From the NCBI GenBank assembly GCA_000992695.1, contig LBUS01000009.1:25548-89547 (forward strand): 64,000 nt of DNA, read 5' to 3'. Made by a program: the position numbers and the translations under genes. Origin of the DNA: Candidatus Peregrinibacteria bacterium GW2011_GWF2_38_29. Its GTDB lineage: Bacteria; Patescibacteriota; Gracilibacteria; UBA1369; UBA12463. Below the pieces are notes generated by a model that saw nothing but the letters and a program-made list of their open reading frames with translations, made no database searches and was not told where the DNA came from. How positions within the stretch are numbered: position 1 is the first letter of the stretch; every line of letters begins with the position of its first letter. Positions 55,383 to 64,000 of this stretch are shown piece by piece.

Positions 55383-56588
55383 ATGGCGGATAAAGAAAAA
55401 TTTGATCGAGCGAAAACGCACGTTAACGTTGGTACGATCGGCCACGTTGACCATGGTAAGACAACTCTTACATCAGCGATCACGAAAGTTTTAGCAGCCG
55501 CTTTCGGCGGAAACAACAAAGCTATTAACTTTGATCAGATCGATAACGCTCCTGAAGAGAAAGCCCGCGGTATTACAATCGCGACTTCACATCAGGAATA
55601 CGAAACACCAAAAAGACACTATGCTCACGTTGACTGTCCCGGTCATGCCGATTACATCAAAAACATGATCACAGGTGCAGCTCAAATGGATGGTGCAATT
55701 CTCGTTGTCTCAGCAGCGGACGGCCCAATGCCACAAACACGTGAACACGTTCTTCTCGCAAATCAGGTTAACGTTCCTTATATCGTCGTTTTCATGAACA
55801 AAATTGATATCGCCGATAAGGAAATTGCAGAACTTTCAGAAATTGAAACACGTGAAATTCTTAAGAAAAACGGCTTCCCTGGAGACACAACTCCTTTCGT
55901 AAAAGGTTCAGCTCTTGGAGCTATGAACTGTGGTTGCGGAAAGAAAGAATGCCCAAATTGTGGCCCAATCATTGAACTTTCAGAAATTCTCGATAGCTAC
56001 ATTCCGGATCCTACAAGAACACTCGACAAGCCTTTCCTTATGCCGGTTGAAGACATCTTCTCCATCAAAGGTAGAGGAACAGTCGCAACAGGTAGAATTG
56101 AACAAGGTATCGTGAAAATCAATGAAGAAGTTGAAATCATCGGTATCAAAGCAACAAAGAAAGTCGTCGTCACAGGAGTCGAGATGTTCAGAAAATTACT
56201 CGACGAAGGACGTGCAGGTGATAATGTCGGTCTCCTTCTCCGCGGTGTTGAAAGAGAAGAAATTGAACGCGGACAAGTTATCGCAAAACCCGGCTCAATC
56301 ACGCCTCATACAAAATTTGACGCTGAAGTTTATATCTTGAATAAAGAAGAAGGTGGAAGACACACACCATTCTTTAAAGGTTACAAACCTCAGTTCTATG
56401 TCAGAACAACAGATGTTACAGGTACAATTGAACTTCCAGCCAATGTTGAAATGGTTATGCCCGGTGATAACATCAAAATGGTCGTCACACTCGGCGTTCC
56501 TGTCGCTCTTGATCAAGGTACGAAATTTGCTATCCGTGAAGGTGGCAAAACAGTTGGTGCCGGATCTGTAGCCAAAATTATTGAATAA
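55383..56588 (+). CDS. tuf: elongation factor Tu (with a Cys4 insertion in domain I)
   Basis: Motifs: [57 protein letters not shown]. Confidence 0.97.
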   Translation: MADKEKFDRAKTHVNVGTIGHVDHGKTTLTSAITKVLAAAFGGNNKAINFDQIDNAPEEKARGITIATSHQEYETPKRHYAHVDCPGHADYIKNMITGAAQMDGAILVVSAADGPMPQTREHVLLANQVNVPYIVVFMNKIDIADKEIAELSEIETREILKKNGFPGDTTPFVKGSALGAMNCGCGKKECPNCGPIIELSEILDSYIPDPTRTLDKPFLMPVEDIFSIKGRGTVATGRIEQGIVKINEEVEIIGIKATKKVVVTGVEMFRKLLDEGRAGDNVGLLLRGVEREEIERGQVIAKPGSITPHTKFDAEVYILNKEEGGRHTPFFKGYKPQFYVRTTDVTGTIELPANVEMVMPGDNIKMVVTLGVPVALDQGTKFAIREGGKTVGAGSVAKIIE

Positions 56589-56666
56589 ATATAATCGCTC
56601 GCGTCTTGATTAAAATTTATCATTACGCAAAGCGTCGTCCTTTAACAACCTAAAACTAATCAAACT

Positions 56667-57023
56667 ATGTCAGTAAAACAGAAAATCAGAATCAAAATCT
56701 TCGCTTTCGATCACAAAATCGTTGATCAATCCACGAAATTAATAATCGATATCGCGGAAAAAACTGGCGCATTAGTTTCAGGGCCAATACCTTTGCCAAC
56801 AAAAATTGAAAGATTCACTGTCAACAAATCAACTTTTGTACACAAAGACGCGCGTGAACAGTTCGAAATGCGCACACACAAGCGCTTAATTGACATCACG
56901 GAATGCACACCAAAAACCATCGAATCTCTTTCGAACCTTAACCTCCCTGCCGGAGTTGAAGTCGAAATAAAGATGATGAGCTCGGAAAAAGCAAAAGTTG
57001 CATCAGAAACAGTCGTTGCATAG
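56667..57023 (+). CDS. rpsJ: 30S ribosomal protein S10 (about 15-aa C-terminal tail)
   Basis: Sequence: [17 protein letters not shown]...[40 protein letters not shown]. Confidence 0.93.
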   Translation: MSVKQKIRIKIFAFDHKIVDQSTKLIIDIAEKTGALVSGPIPLPTKIERFTVNKSTFVHKDAREQFEMRTHKRLIDITECTPKTIESLSNLNLPAGVEVEIKMMSSEKAKVASETVVA

Positions 57024-57051
57024 GTATCAAGGAATAAAAATACAATTATAT

Positions 57052-57082
57052 AAAGAGGGTCGAAATTCGACCCTCTTTTTTA
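57052..57082 (+). terminator. rho-independent terminator after rpsJ
   Basis: An 8-bp perfect G/C-rich stem, GAGGGTCG-aaatt-CGACCCTC, followed by TTTTTT. Confidence 0.85.
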
Positions 57083-57141
57083 TTGTTTCGGATTTCAGAT
57101 TTGAGTTATTGCTTGTGGTTTTGACTTTTAAGCTTTGCCTT

Positions 57142-57169
57142 TTGAATTATAAAAATATTGTGCTAAAAT
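57142..57169 (+). promoter_or_regulatory. candidate promoter of the giant surface-protein gene
   Basis: TTGAAT-N16-TAAAAT, about 38 nt upstream of the ATG at 57207. Confidence 0.4.
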
Positions 57170-57206
57170 TATCATTAAAAGCAACACAATTTATCCCCCT
57201 TTCAGT

Positions 57207-60200
57207 ATGCCCAAATTTTTAACTGATAAAAAATTTAAAAACGCTCTTAAAACAGGAGCGATGATTTTGGCTTTAATAAGCCTTTTCGTAAGCACTACTA
57301 TCAATTTCAAAACAAACCAAGCGGAAGCCCAAGCCGTAGACCCATATGAATATTCATTGCGATTTGGGCTAGACTGGCAAACCGATCAATTCAACGGAAT
57401 ATATGGACCGGCAATTGATCCCGATACCGGAGATATATATCTAAGCGTCAGTAGAAGTGGAGGCACATCTCATTACATACAAAGATATGATTCAAGCGGC
57501 ACGTATATAAGTAAATTTTCCACATATTATTTACCAAGAGGTCAACATACAATATCCGGTGGTTATATTTATGTACCGGAAGCCGGTGATATAAGAAAAT
57601 ATTCTCTAAGTGGAAGCTATATAGGGTCTGCGGCATCATCACTCAGCATGGCCGTTGCGGTAGCGATTGATGGAAGTGGAAATTTTTACGTTGCAGATCA
57701 AAACGCACATTTGGTTAAAAAATTTAATTCAAGCGGAACTCTTTTAATAACGCTGGGAAGTACGGCGGGATCGGCGGACGGACAATTCTATTATCCGCAA
57801 GGAGTAGCGGTTGATTCGAGTGGAAATATTTACGTAGCAGACACGTGGAACAACAGAGTACAAAAATTCAATTCAAACGGAGAATTTGTAACAAAATGGA
57901 CTTTACAACTTGATGGAAACGAACGCGGATGGGCATATAAAATATATATAGACGGCAGTGACAACATATACGTCAGCAATTCAAGCGTTGGAAATGTTGA
58001 AAAATACGATACAAGCGGAACATTGCTCACAACTCTCGCGATAGGCTCCGGCAGTATAACAAAAGACGCCGGCGGTAACATTTATACTTCAAATTTAAAA
58101 TATAATTCAGTAGGAGACACCATTCTATTAACGTTAAATACCTATGGACGAAGCTTAGATGGACAATTTTATAGCGCGGAAAATCTGGGAGTCGATTCAA
58201 GCGGGAATATATACGTCGCAGACACCGGAAACAACAGAATACAAAAATTCGATTCAAGCGGAACCTATTTATCAAAATTCGGAAGTTATGGAACGGGAGA
58301 TGGACAATTTAACACACCAAGAGATGTAGTAGTTGATTCAAGTGAAAATATATACGTTTTAGACAAAGGCAATAAAAGAATACAAAAATTCAACTCAAGC
58401 GGAACATATACAACTCAGTGGAATTTGGAACTTGATTCTCCAAATGAATGGGGCGAAGGAGAAAGTATGACAATAGATAGCGATAATAACATATACGTAT
58501 ATAACAGATTTATTTATGGAGTTGAAAAATTTACTTCAGCGGGAGTGAAATTAATAAACATAGGCTCGGAAGGAACAGGTGACGGACAATTTAGCGGCTA
58601 CGGCAACAAAATATCAATTGATCAAAACGATAACACTTTATACGTTATGTCAGCCGGTAGAATACAAGCGTTCAACTCGAGCGGCACATATTTAAGACAA
58701 TGGAGTTTATCATCAATGAGCGTCCCATCATCAATCACAGCCAAAAACGGCTACGTATACGTTGGTGGAGGAGCATGGTATTCAGGTTATGCAGGCTTTT
58801 ACATATACGACTCAAATGGAACTTACATAAACAGACATTGGCCAAGTTCAGGCTCAAGCACAGGACAATTTAATTGGATAATGGATCTGATAATAGATTC
58901 AAATTTAAATATATACGTATTGGGAGCCGGAAACTCTGCGTCAGAAAGTTATGTCCAAAAATTCTTACCTGTTGTACCGCCAACCGCACCTTCCGCTTGT
59001 ACAATTTCAAACATAACCGGCACATCAGTCGCCGTTAACTGGACAGACAATTCAAGCGACGAAGATAATTTCACTCTCGAAAAATCAACAAACGGCACAG
59101 ACTATGAAGTTGTTTCATCCACAATACCTGCAAATATAGTCGCAAAAGGCGTTGGCGATCTTGACTACAACACACAATATTGGTTTCGCGTCAAAGCAAC
59201 AAGTACAACAAGCGGCAGTTCAACTTATGCAACTTGCTCCCCTAGTACAACAACAGACACAACGGTAATTGAACCGTACAGGTTTGACACGAAGTGGGGA
59301 AGCGAGGGAAGTGGGAATGGGCAATTTGCATCATCGTCTCCACAAGGAATAGCAATTGATTCAAGTGGAAATACCTACGTGACAGACACAAATAATAATC
59401 GTATTCAAAAATTCGACTCAAGCGGAACATATATAACTCAATGGGGAAGTTTTGGAACCGGAAATGGGCAATTCAATTACCCGCGAAGCATGGCGATTGA
59501 CTCAAGCGGGAATGCATATGTTACAGACTATCAAAATAACCGTATTCAAAAATTCGACTCAAGCGGAGCATATATAACTCAATGGGGAAGCCAAGGAAGT
59601 GGAAGTGGAGAATTCAATGGACCTATTGGAATAAATATCGATACAAGTAATAACGTATATGTAGGTGACACGGAAAATCACCGTATTCAAAAATTCGACT
59701 CAAGCGGAACATATATAACTCAATGGGGAAGCCAAGGAAGTGGAAGTGGAGAATTCAACAGGCCACAAGGCGTAGCAATTGATTCAAGCTGGAATATTTA
59801 CGTAGCAGATTACGACAATGACCGTATTCAAAAATTCGACTCAAGCGGAACATATATAACTCAATGGGGAAGCCAAGGAAGCGGAAATGGAGAATTCGAT
59901 GGACCTATTAGCATAGCCGTTGATTCAAGCGGAAATATGTATATTTCAGAATACCACAACGGCCGCATACAAAAATTAAACTCAAATGGAACATATATAA
60001 CTCAATGGTCAGATGGAATCGGAAGCTTCCCGTTAGACATATCGATTGATTCAAGCGAGAACGTCTATATAGCAGATCAAACCACCAACCTTATCCAAAA
60101 ATTCGCCCCAAACTCAAACGTCGCCCCAACGTCAACATCTTTCGCCGCAACATCAAGCACAAATCCGGTGTTCTCATGGACGTTCAGCGACAGAAACGAA

Positions 60201-63200
60201 GCAGACACACAGTCCGCATATCAAATTCAAGTTTCATCATCAAACGGATTCGAATCAAATATATGTGATACGGAAAAAACATTGGGAACAACAAGTTCGA
60301 TTGCATATAATGACACAAGCTGCACAACTCCTCTCGTAGCAAGCCAAATGTATTATGCAAGATTAAAAACTTGGGATAATAGCGACTTGCCAAGTGAATT
60401 CACACCAAGTTCGGGCTATGTTTTCACCGCAACATCCCCTTCTCCAACCGCACCATCCGCATGCGTAACTTCAAATATAACTTCATCCGGAATGACGATT
60501 GGTTGGACAGACAATTCAAACAACGAAACATATTTTGATTTAGAAAAATCAACAAACGGCACAGACTATGAAACCGTTAATAATTTAATCGCAGCAAATA
60601 CGGTTTCATATGACGCAAGTTCATTATCAACCAATGACCAACTCTGGTTCCGCGTCCGCGCAAAAGGAGAAACCGGAAATTCCGCATACGCAACATGCTC
60701 CCCTGTTTATACATTAGCGGATACGGGGTTTGATCTAACGCATAGCTCAACGGGATCAGGAAGCATCTTAATTTCTATAACTTCTGAGGGAACAAATCCA
60801 AGCAACACAGAATATGCAATCATGGTTGGAACTCAATATCTACATTCAGATAGAAGTCGTTATGACTCAGCTGAATGGAATACAAAAACCACATGGGACA
60901 CAACCGAAATGGCAATCGGATTAAGTCCTAACACAACATATGAAATTAAAGCAAAAGCACGCAACGGTGAAAGCACGGAAACAAGTTTTGGCACAGCAGA
61001 ATATCGCACAACCCTTGCAACGATAGTCCCTTCTTTAACTATAAGCGACATTCAAACAACATCATTCAGAATCCCTCTTACATCTGATGGAAATCCAGCA
61101 GGCACACAATATGCAATCAAAAACGGAACACAATATTTACAAACAAACAGCACGTTTGGCGAACCGGCAACCTGGCAAACACGAACAGAGTGGGGTGGAG
61201 AAACAGGGCCAACAATAACCGGCCTCACAGAAAATACATCATACACAATAAGATTACTTTCAAGAAACAACGAAGAAGTTGAAACAATAGGCCCTACTTC
61301 AACGGCATACACAGCAGTTGACGCACCATCGAATTTCCAAACTACAGCGATCGATTCAACAAGTATGTCATTCTCAGTTGATCAATTTACAAACGATTCA
61401 ACGTATTTATCGGGATATTTCTTCTATGGTTATTCGATTCCGGAAGATTTGGGCGGATATTATAGCTTCTCGAATTGGAACAACGGTGAATTCACAGGAT
61501 ATCAATGGACGCACTCATCGCTCACGCCAAACAAACAATTCATACATCACGTTAAACAAAGAAACCAAGAAGGCACGGAAAGCGCAGTTGTCGACTTAAC
61601 GGCATGCACTGCAGCAAACACGCCCGCTATATCGGCCAGCAATATCACCACAACAACATTTGATGTAACAATAGACAAAAATAGCAATCCAAATGGCACA
61701 TATTACACAGTAAGATCTATAGGGATGTATCTGGATGAAGGAGGCACCTTCTCTGAACCGGAAAGATGGTTCACGGCAGATTCAACAAATACATTCGCAG
61801 TTTCGGAATTAACACCGGGCGGTACGTATTTAATGGCTGTACAAGCAAAAAACTGTGACAATATTGGAACGGACACATCAACAACAACGGCATACACATT
61901 ACCAAACTCACCGGGAACGCCGGATATAACTCCATACACAACAAGTGTCAACGTAGAAATTGATTCCGGCTTTAATGACGACAGCTATGTGCTCTTTGCA
62001 ATGCAATTCGCAACAAATGACACGTTCACAGACGCGTTATATGTCCAAGCAGACGGAACCCTCGGCGAAACAGCGATATGGCAAACATATAATGATTGGG
62101 GAGGAATCAGCGGAAAACTCGTCACCGGATTATCAACAAACACGCCTTATTACATTAAAATTAAAGTTAAAAACGGTGGTGGAGTTGAAGCAACACCGGT
62201 AACGACTACAACAACAACGCTGGTGAACACTCCGTTAACACCAACCATCGTTTCATCGTCCGAGACAACAACGTCTTTCAGATTCAATCTCAACACTAAT
62301 TCAAATTCATCAAGTGTAAAATATGCAATTCAATTCCCTACTTCATTAAAATATTTAAGTGAAACCGGAACGTTAACGAGCGACACCGCTGTTTGGAAAA
62401 CAAACACTGAATGGGACGCAGTTGATGGCAACGCAAGCAATGGAATAACAATTACAGGGATCTCTCTCGGAAATTCCTGCTACATGCTCAAGGCAAAAGC
62501 AAAAAGTACAGCCGAAACAGAAACCGAATTTGGAGCACTTTCAAACTCAATGTGCAATCTTGCAAACACTCCAAGCGCGCCAACGCTTGCAACAATGAAC
62601 TCAACGTCACAATTAGCGCTCACAATTAACGACACGTTAAATACAAATGCAACAAAATATGCAATATATGAACCAACTTTATTAAAATACGTTCAATCAA
62701 ACTACCAACTTGGAACAAGCGCATATTTCAAAACAAAATCCGCATGGGAAAGTGAAGACGGTAATGAAACATATCTAATAGCAATATCCGGATTAAGCTC
62801 AAATACTTCACACACATTCAAAGTTAAAGCAAGAAATGATTCGGAAACCGAAACCGCTTTATCAGGAGCGTCAAACACAGCATTAACAAATACGCCCGAC
62901 AGTGGAGGCTGCACAACAACTTGGACATATACCGCTTGGAGCACATGTTCAGCCGGACATCAAACGCGTATAAAATCGGATTCAAACGGATGCCCGGGAG
63001 TAAGCTCGATAACAGAAGATCAAACGTGTGTAATGCCATGCACGCCAAACTGGACATGCACGTCATGGAATTCTTGCGCAAACAGCTCTCAATCAAGAAC
63101 ATGCACAGATTCAAATCTTTGCGGTGTAATAACAGACAAGCCAATAGAAACGCAAACATGCACAACAGCCTGCACACCAAACTATACATATAGCGACTGG

Positions 63201-64000
63201 AGCACATGCGTAAGCGGAAACCAAACACGCACAAAAACCGATTCAAACAATTGCTCAATTCCAAACATAATAACCGAATCACAAACTTGCGATGTCATAC
63301 AATCGTGTGCCGAAAACTGGGCATGCACAGAATGGTCAACGTGCGGCGCATCGGGAAATCAAATTAGAGTATGCACAGACAGAAATATATGCGGAACAAC
63401 AATCTCAAAACCATTGGAAACACAAACCTGCACGCCACCATGCGGTGAACTCTGGATATGCACGGAATGGAGCGAATGCTTAAATAATTCAAAATCCAGA
63501 TTCTGCGCAGATAAAAACACGTGCGGAACAACAATCTCAAAACCATTGGAAACAAACACGTGCACAAGCACAACAACTGACAACGATGACACCGGTAGCG
63601 ACACAGAAACAAGCACGGGAACAAGTGAAAACGATCAGACTAATCAAATGGTTGTAACCGCAGAAGATCTTAAAAAAGAGATTGAAGATTTAAAAAAAGA
63701 AATAGCTATACCGCAAGACGCCCTCACGCGCGGCGAATTCCTTGCGTATGTTGTAAACGATCTCGATCTTCAAAATACTCGCAAAGACTATCTTGAAACT
63801 TGCGGTAAAAATAAAGAAGAATGTTTAAACATGTTAAGCCTCGGAACATCAACAATCATTAGCCAATCGGAAACAAACAATAAAGAACTTGACGTCGCCT
63901 CTCAACTTGGACTCACGAGTGTTTTCACGGAAAAAGATAACAAAGAACTCCAAACAAATGCCGCGGTAACAAGATCGGAAGCTATAAAAATCATATTAAT
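57207..64000 (+). CDS. giant secreted surface protein (>2260 aa, 3' end outside window): two NHL beta-propellers, many Fn3-like modules, five Cys-rich TSP1-like repeats, SLH-like tail
   Basis: Not in the ORF track because frame 0 has no stop before the window end. My spot translation at six places is stop-free.
- Signal peptide: MPKFLTDKKFKNALKTGAMILALISLFVSTTINFKTNQAEAQA.
- NHL blades: GQF..P.G.A.DSSGN.YV.D..N.RIQKF.
- Fn3-like: PTAPSAC.TSNIT...W.D.S..E..F.LEKSTNGTDYE.
- Repeated ..YAI..GTQYL....W.T...W...I.GL..NT.Y.I.AKARN modules. Confidence 0.85.
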   Translation, partial: MPKFLTDKKFKNALKTGAMILALISLFVSTTINFKTNQAEAQAVDPYEYSLRFGLDWQTDQFNGIYGPAIDPDTGDIYLSVSRSGGTSHYIQRYDSSGTYISKFSTYYLPRGQHTISGGYIYVPEAGDIRKYSLSGSYIGSAASSLSMAVAVAIDGSGNFYVADQNAHLVKKFNSSGTLLITLGSTAGSADGQFYYPQGVAVDSSGNIYVADTWNNRVQKFNSNGEFVTKWTLQLDGNERGWAYKIYIDGSDNIYVSNSSVGNVEKYDTSGTLLTTLAIGSGSITKDAGGNIYTSNLKYNSVGDTILLTLNTYGRSLDGQFYSAENLGVDSSGNIYVADTGNNRIQKFDSSGTYLSKFGSYGTGDGQFNTPRDVVVDSSENIYVLDKGNKRIQKFNSSGTYTTQWNLELDSPNEWGEGESMTIDSDNNIYVYNRFIYGVEKFTSAGVKLINIGSEGTGDGQFSGYGNKISIDQNDNTLYVMSAGRIQAFNSSGTYLRQWSLSSMSVPSSITAKNGYVYVGGGAWYSGYAGFYIYDSNGTYINRHWPSSGSSTGQFNWIMDLIIDSNLNIYVLGAGNSASESYVQKFLPVVPPTAPSACTISNITGTSVAVNWTDNSSDEDNFTLEKSTNGTDYEVVSSTIPANIVAKGVGDLDYNTQYWFRVKATSTTSGSSTYATCSPSTTTDTTVIEPYRFDTKWGSEGSGNGQFASSSPQGIAIDSSGNTYVTDTNNNRIQKFDSSGTYITQWGSFGTGNGQFNYPRSMAIDSSGNAYVTDYQNNRIQKFDSSGAYITQWGSQGSGSGEFNGPIGINIDTSNNVYVGDTENHRIQKFDSSGTYITQWGSQGSGSGEFNRPQGVAIDSSWNIYVADYDNDRIQKFDSSGTYITQWGSQGSGNGEFDGPISIAVDSSGNMYISEYHNGRIQKLNSNGTYITQWSDGIGSFPLDISIDSSENVYIADQTTNLIQKFAPNSNVAPTSTSFAATSSTNPVFSWTFSDRNEADTQSAYQIQVSSSNGFESNICDTEKTLGTTSSIAYNDTSCTTPLVASQMYYARLKTWDNSDLPSEFTPSSGYVFTATSPSPTAPSACVTSNITSSGMTIGWTDNSNNETYFDLEKSTNGTDYETVNNLIAANTVSYDASSLSTNDQLWFRVRAKGETGNSAYATCSPVYTLADTGFDLTHSSTGSGSILISITSEGTNPSNTEYAIMVGTQYLHSDRSRYDSAEWNTKTTWDTTEMAIGLSPNTTYEIKAKARNGESTETSFGTAEYRTTLATIVPSLTISDIQTTSFRIPLTSDGNPAGTQYAIKNGTQYLQTNSTFGEPATWQTRTEWGGETGPTITGLTENTSYTIRLLSRNNEEVETIGPTSTAYTAVDAPSNFQTTAIDSTSMSFSVDQFTNDSTYLSGYFFYGYSIPEDLGGYYSFSNWNNGEFTGYQWTHSSLTPNKQFIHHVKQRNQEGTESAVVDLTACTAANTPAISASNITTTTFDVTIDKNSNPNGTYYTVRSIGMYLDEGGTFSEPERWFTADSTNTFAVSELTPGGTYLMAVQAKNCDNIGTDTSTTTAYTLPNSPGTPDITPYTTSVNVEIDSGFNDDSYVLFAMQFATNDTFTDALYVQADGTLGETAIWQTYNDWGGISGKLVTGLSTNTPYYIKIKVKNGGGVEATPVTTTTTTLVNTPLTPTIVSSSETTTSFRFNLNTNSNSSSVKYAIQFPTSLKYLSETGTLTSDTAVWKTNTEWDAVDGNASNGITITGISLGNSCYMLKAKAKSTAETETEFGALSNSMCNLANTPSAPTLATMNSTSQLALTINDTLNTNATKYAIYEPTLLKYVQSNYQLGTSAYFKTKSAWESEDGNETYLIAISGLSSNTSHTFKVKARNDSETETALSGASNTALTNTPDSGGCTTTWTYTAWSTCSAGHQTRIKSDSNGCPGVSSITEDQTCVMPCTPNWTCTSWNSCANSSQSRTCTDSNLCGVITDKPIETQTCTTACTPNYTYSDWSTCVSGNQTRTKTDSNNCSIPNIITESQTCDVIQSCAENWACTEWSTCGASGNQIRVCTDRNICGTTISKPLETQTCTPPCGELWICTEWSECLNNSKSRFCADKNTCGTTISKPLETNTCTSTTTDNDDTGSDTETSTGTSENDQTNQMVVTAEDLKKEIEDLKKEIAIPQDALTRGEFLAYVVNDLDLQNTRKDYLETCGKNKEECLNMLSLGTSTIISQSETNNKELDVASQLGLTSVFTEKDNKELQTNAAVTRSEAIKIIL
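59400..59898 (+). repeat. four in-frame 141-bp repeats with nucleotide-identical ~50-75-nt cores (NHL blades of propeller 2)
   Basis: The core CGTATTCAAAAATTCGACTCAAGCGGAACATATATAACTCAATGGGGAAG... begins at 59400, 59541, 59682 and 59823, which is an exact 141-nt (47-codon) period. Confidence 0.9.
62910..63563 (+). repeat. five tandem ~44-aa Cys-rich repeats (coding) in the giant protein
   Basis: Each repeat follows the pattern C-x2-(W/Y)-x-(C/Y)-(T/S)-x-W-(S/N)-x-C-x3-(G/S)-x-Q/K-(T/S/I)-R-x-(C/K)-x-D-x-N-x-C-(G/S/P)-x8-10-(E)-(T/S/D)-(Q/N)-T-C. Example: CAENWACTEWSTCGASGNQIRVCTDRNICGTTISKPLETQTC. Confidence 0.85.

Noticed and set aside
59400-59898. Regularly spaced identical repeats that superficially resemble a CRISPR array.
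   Set aside because: The period is 141 nt, it is in frame, and the sequence translates into consecutive NHL beta-propeller blades within one continuous ORF. No cas genes and no non-coding spacers are present. I saw no CRISPR array anywhere in the window.

Overview
This is a 64-kb window from an AT-rich, very gene-dense bacterial genome. It uses the standard genetic code: rpoB, rpoC, dnaK and nrdJ are intact under code 11, and TGA, TAA and TAG all act as stops. Gene content and style suggest a Candidate Phyla Radiation / Patescibacteria-like organism, but that placement is inference only.

Contents in order:
- Left end: a truncated alpha/beta hydrolase, a RelE/ParE-type toxin-antitoxin pair, tRNA-Glu(UUC), Nudix-NifS-NifU, and a small pocket of unknown genes.
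- An adenosylcobalamin-type ribonucleotide reductase (nrdJ) split by a 361-aa LAGLIDADG intein, a large K/E-rich repeat protein, and ComEC.
- An envelope block: lipoprotein, SLH/CAP protein, LCP, D-Ala-D-Ala carboxypeptidase, MraY, and an ECF sigma factor with a FecR-like anti-sigma candidate.
- fbp, class-I fba and gap, then tsaC, rsmH-ftsL, hrcA-grpE and dnaK (each heat-shock unit with its own CIRCE operator), and serS.
- The rpoB-rpoC-rpsL-rpsG-fusA-tuf-rpsJ block.
- Right end: a surface protein of more than 2260 aa (NHL propellers, Fn3-like modules, Cys-rich TSP1-like repeats) that runs off the window.

The most unusual content lies between 27.1 and 38.0 kb. Nine lineage-specific orphan genes, mostly on the opposite strand, are wedged between the housekeeping operons. 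For seven of them I could read a near-consensus TTGACA-N16-18-TAnnAT promoter.
- Four of them (34402-37975, between grpE and dnaK) are paralogs built from a repeated ~110-aa module that looks like a winged helix.
- Two others (32300-33054) are a small paralog pair.

Other oddities:
- a Cys4 insertion in EF-Tu
- a Lys-rich N-terminal and an acidic C-terminal extension on RpoB
- an AT-rich islet with an HNH endonuclease gene
- short-period tandem repeats filling many intergenic spacers
- no Shine-Dalgarno motifs
- nucleotide-identical 141-bp repeats inside the giant gene

All domain calls rest on motifs I recognise by eye in the supplied translations. No database search, HMM scan or numerical GC calculation was run.
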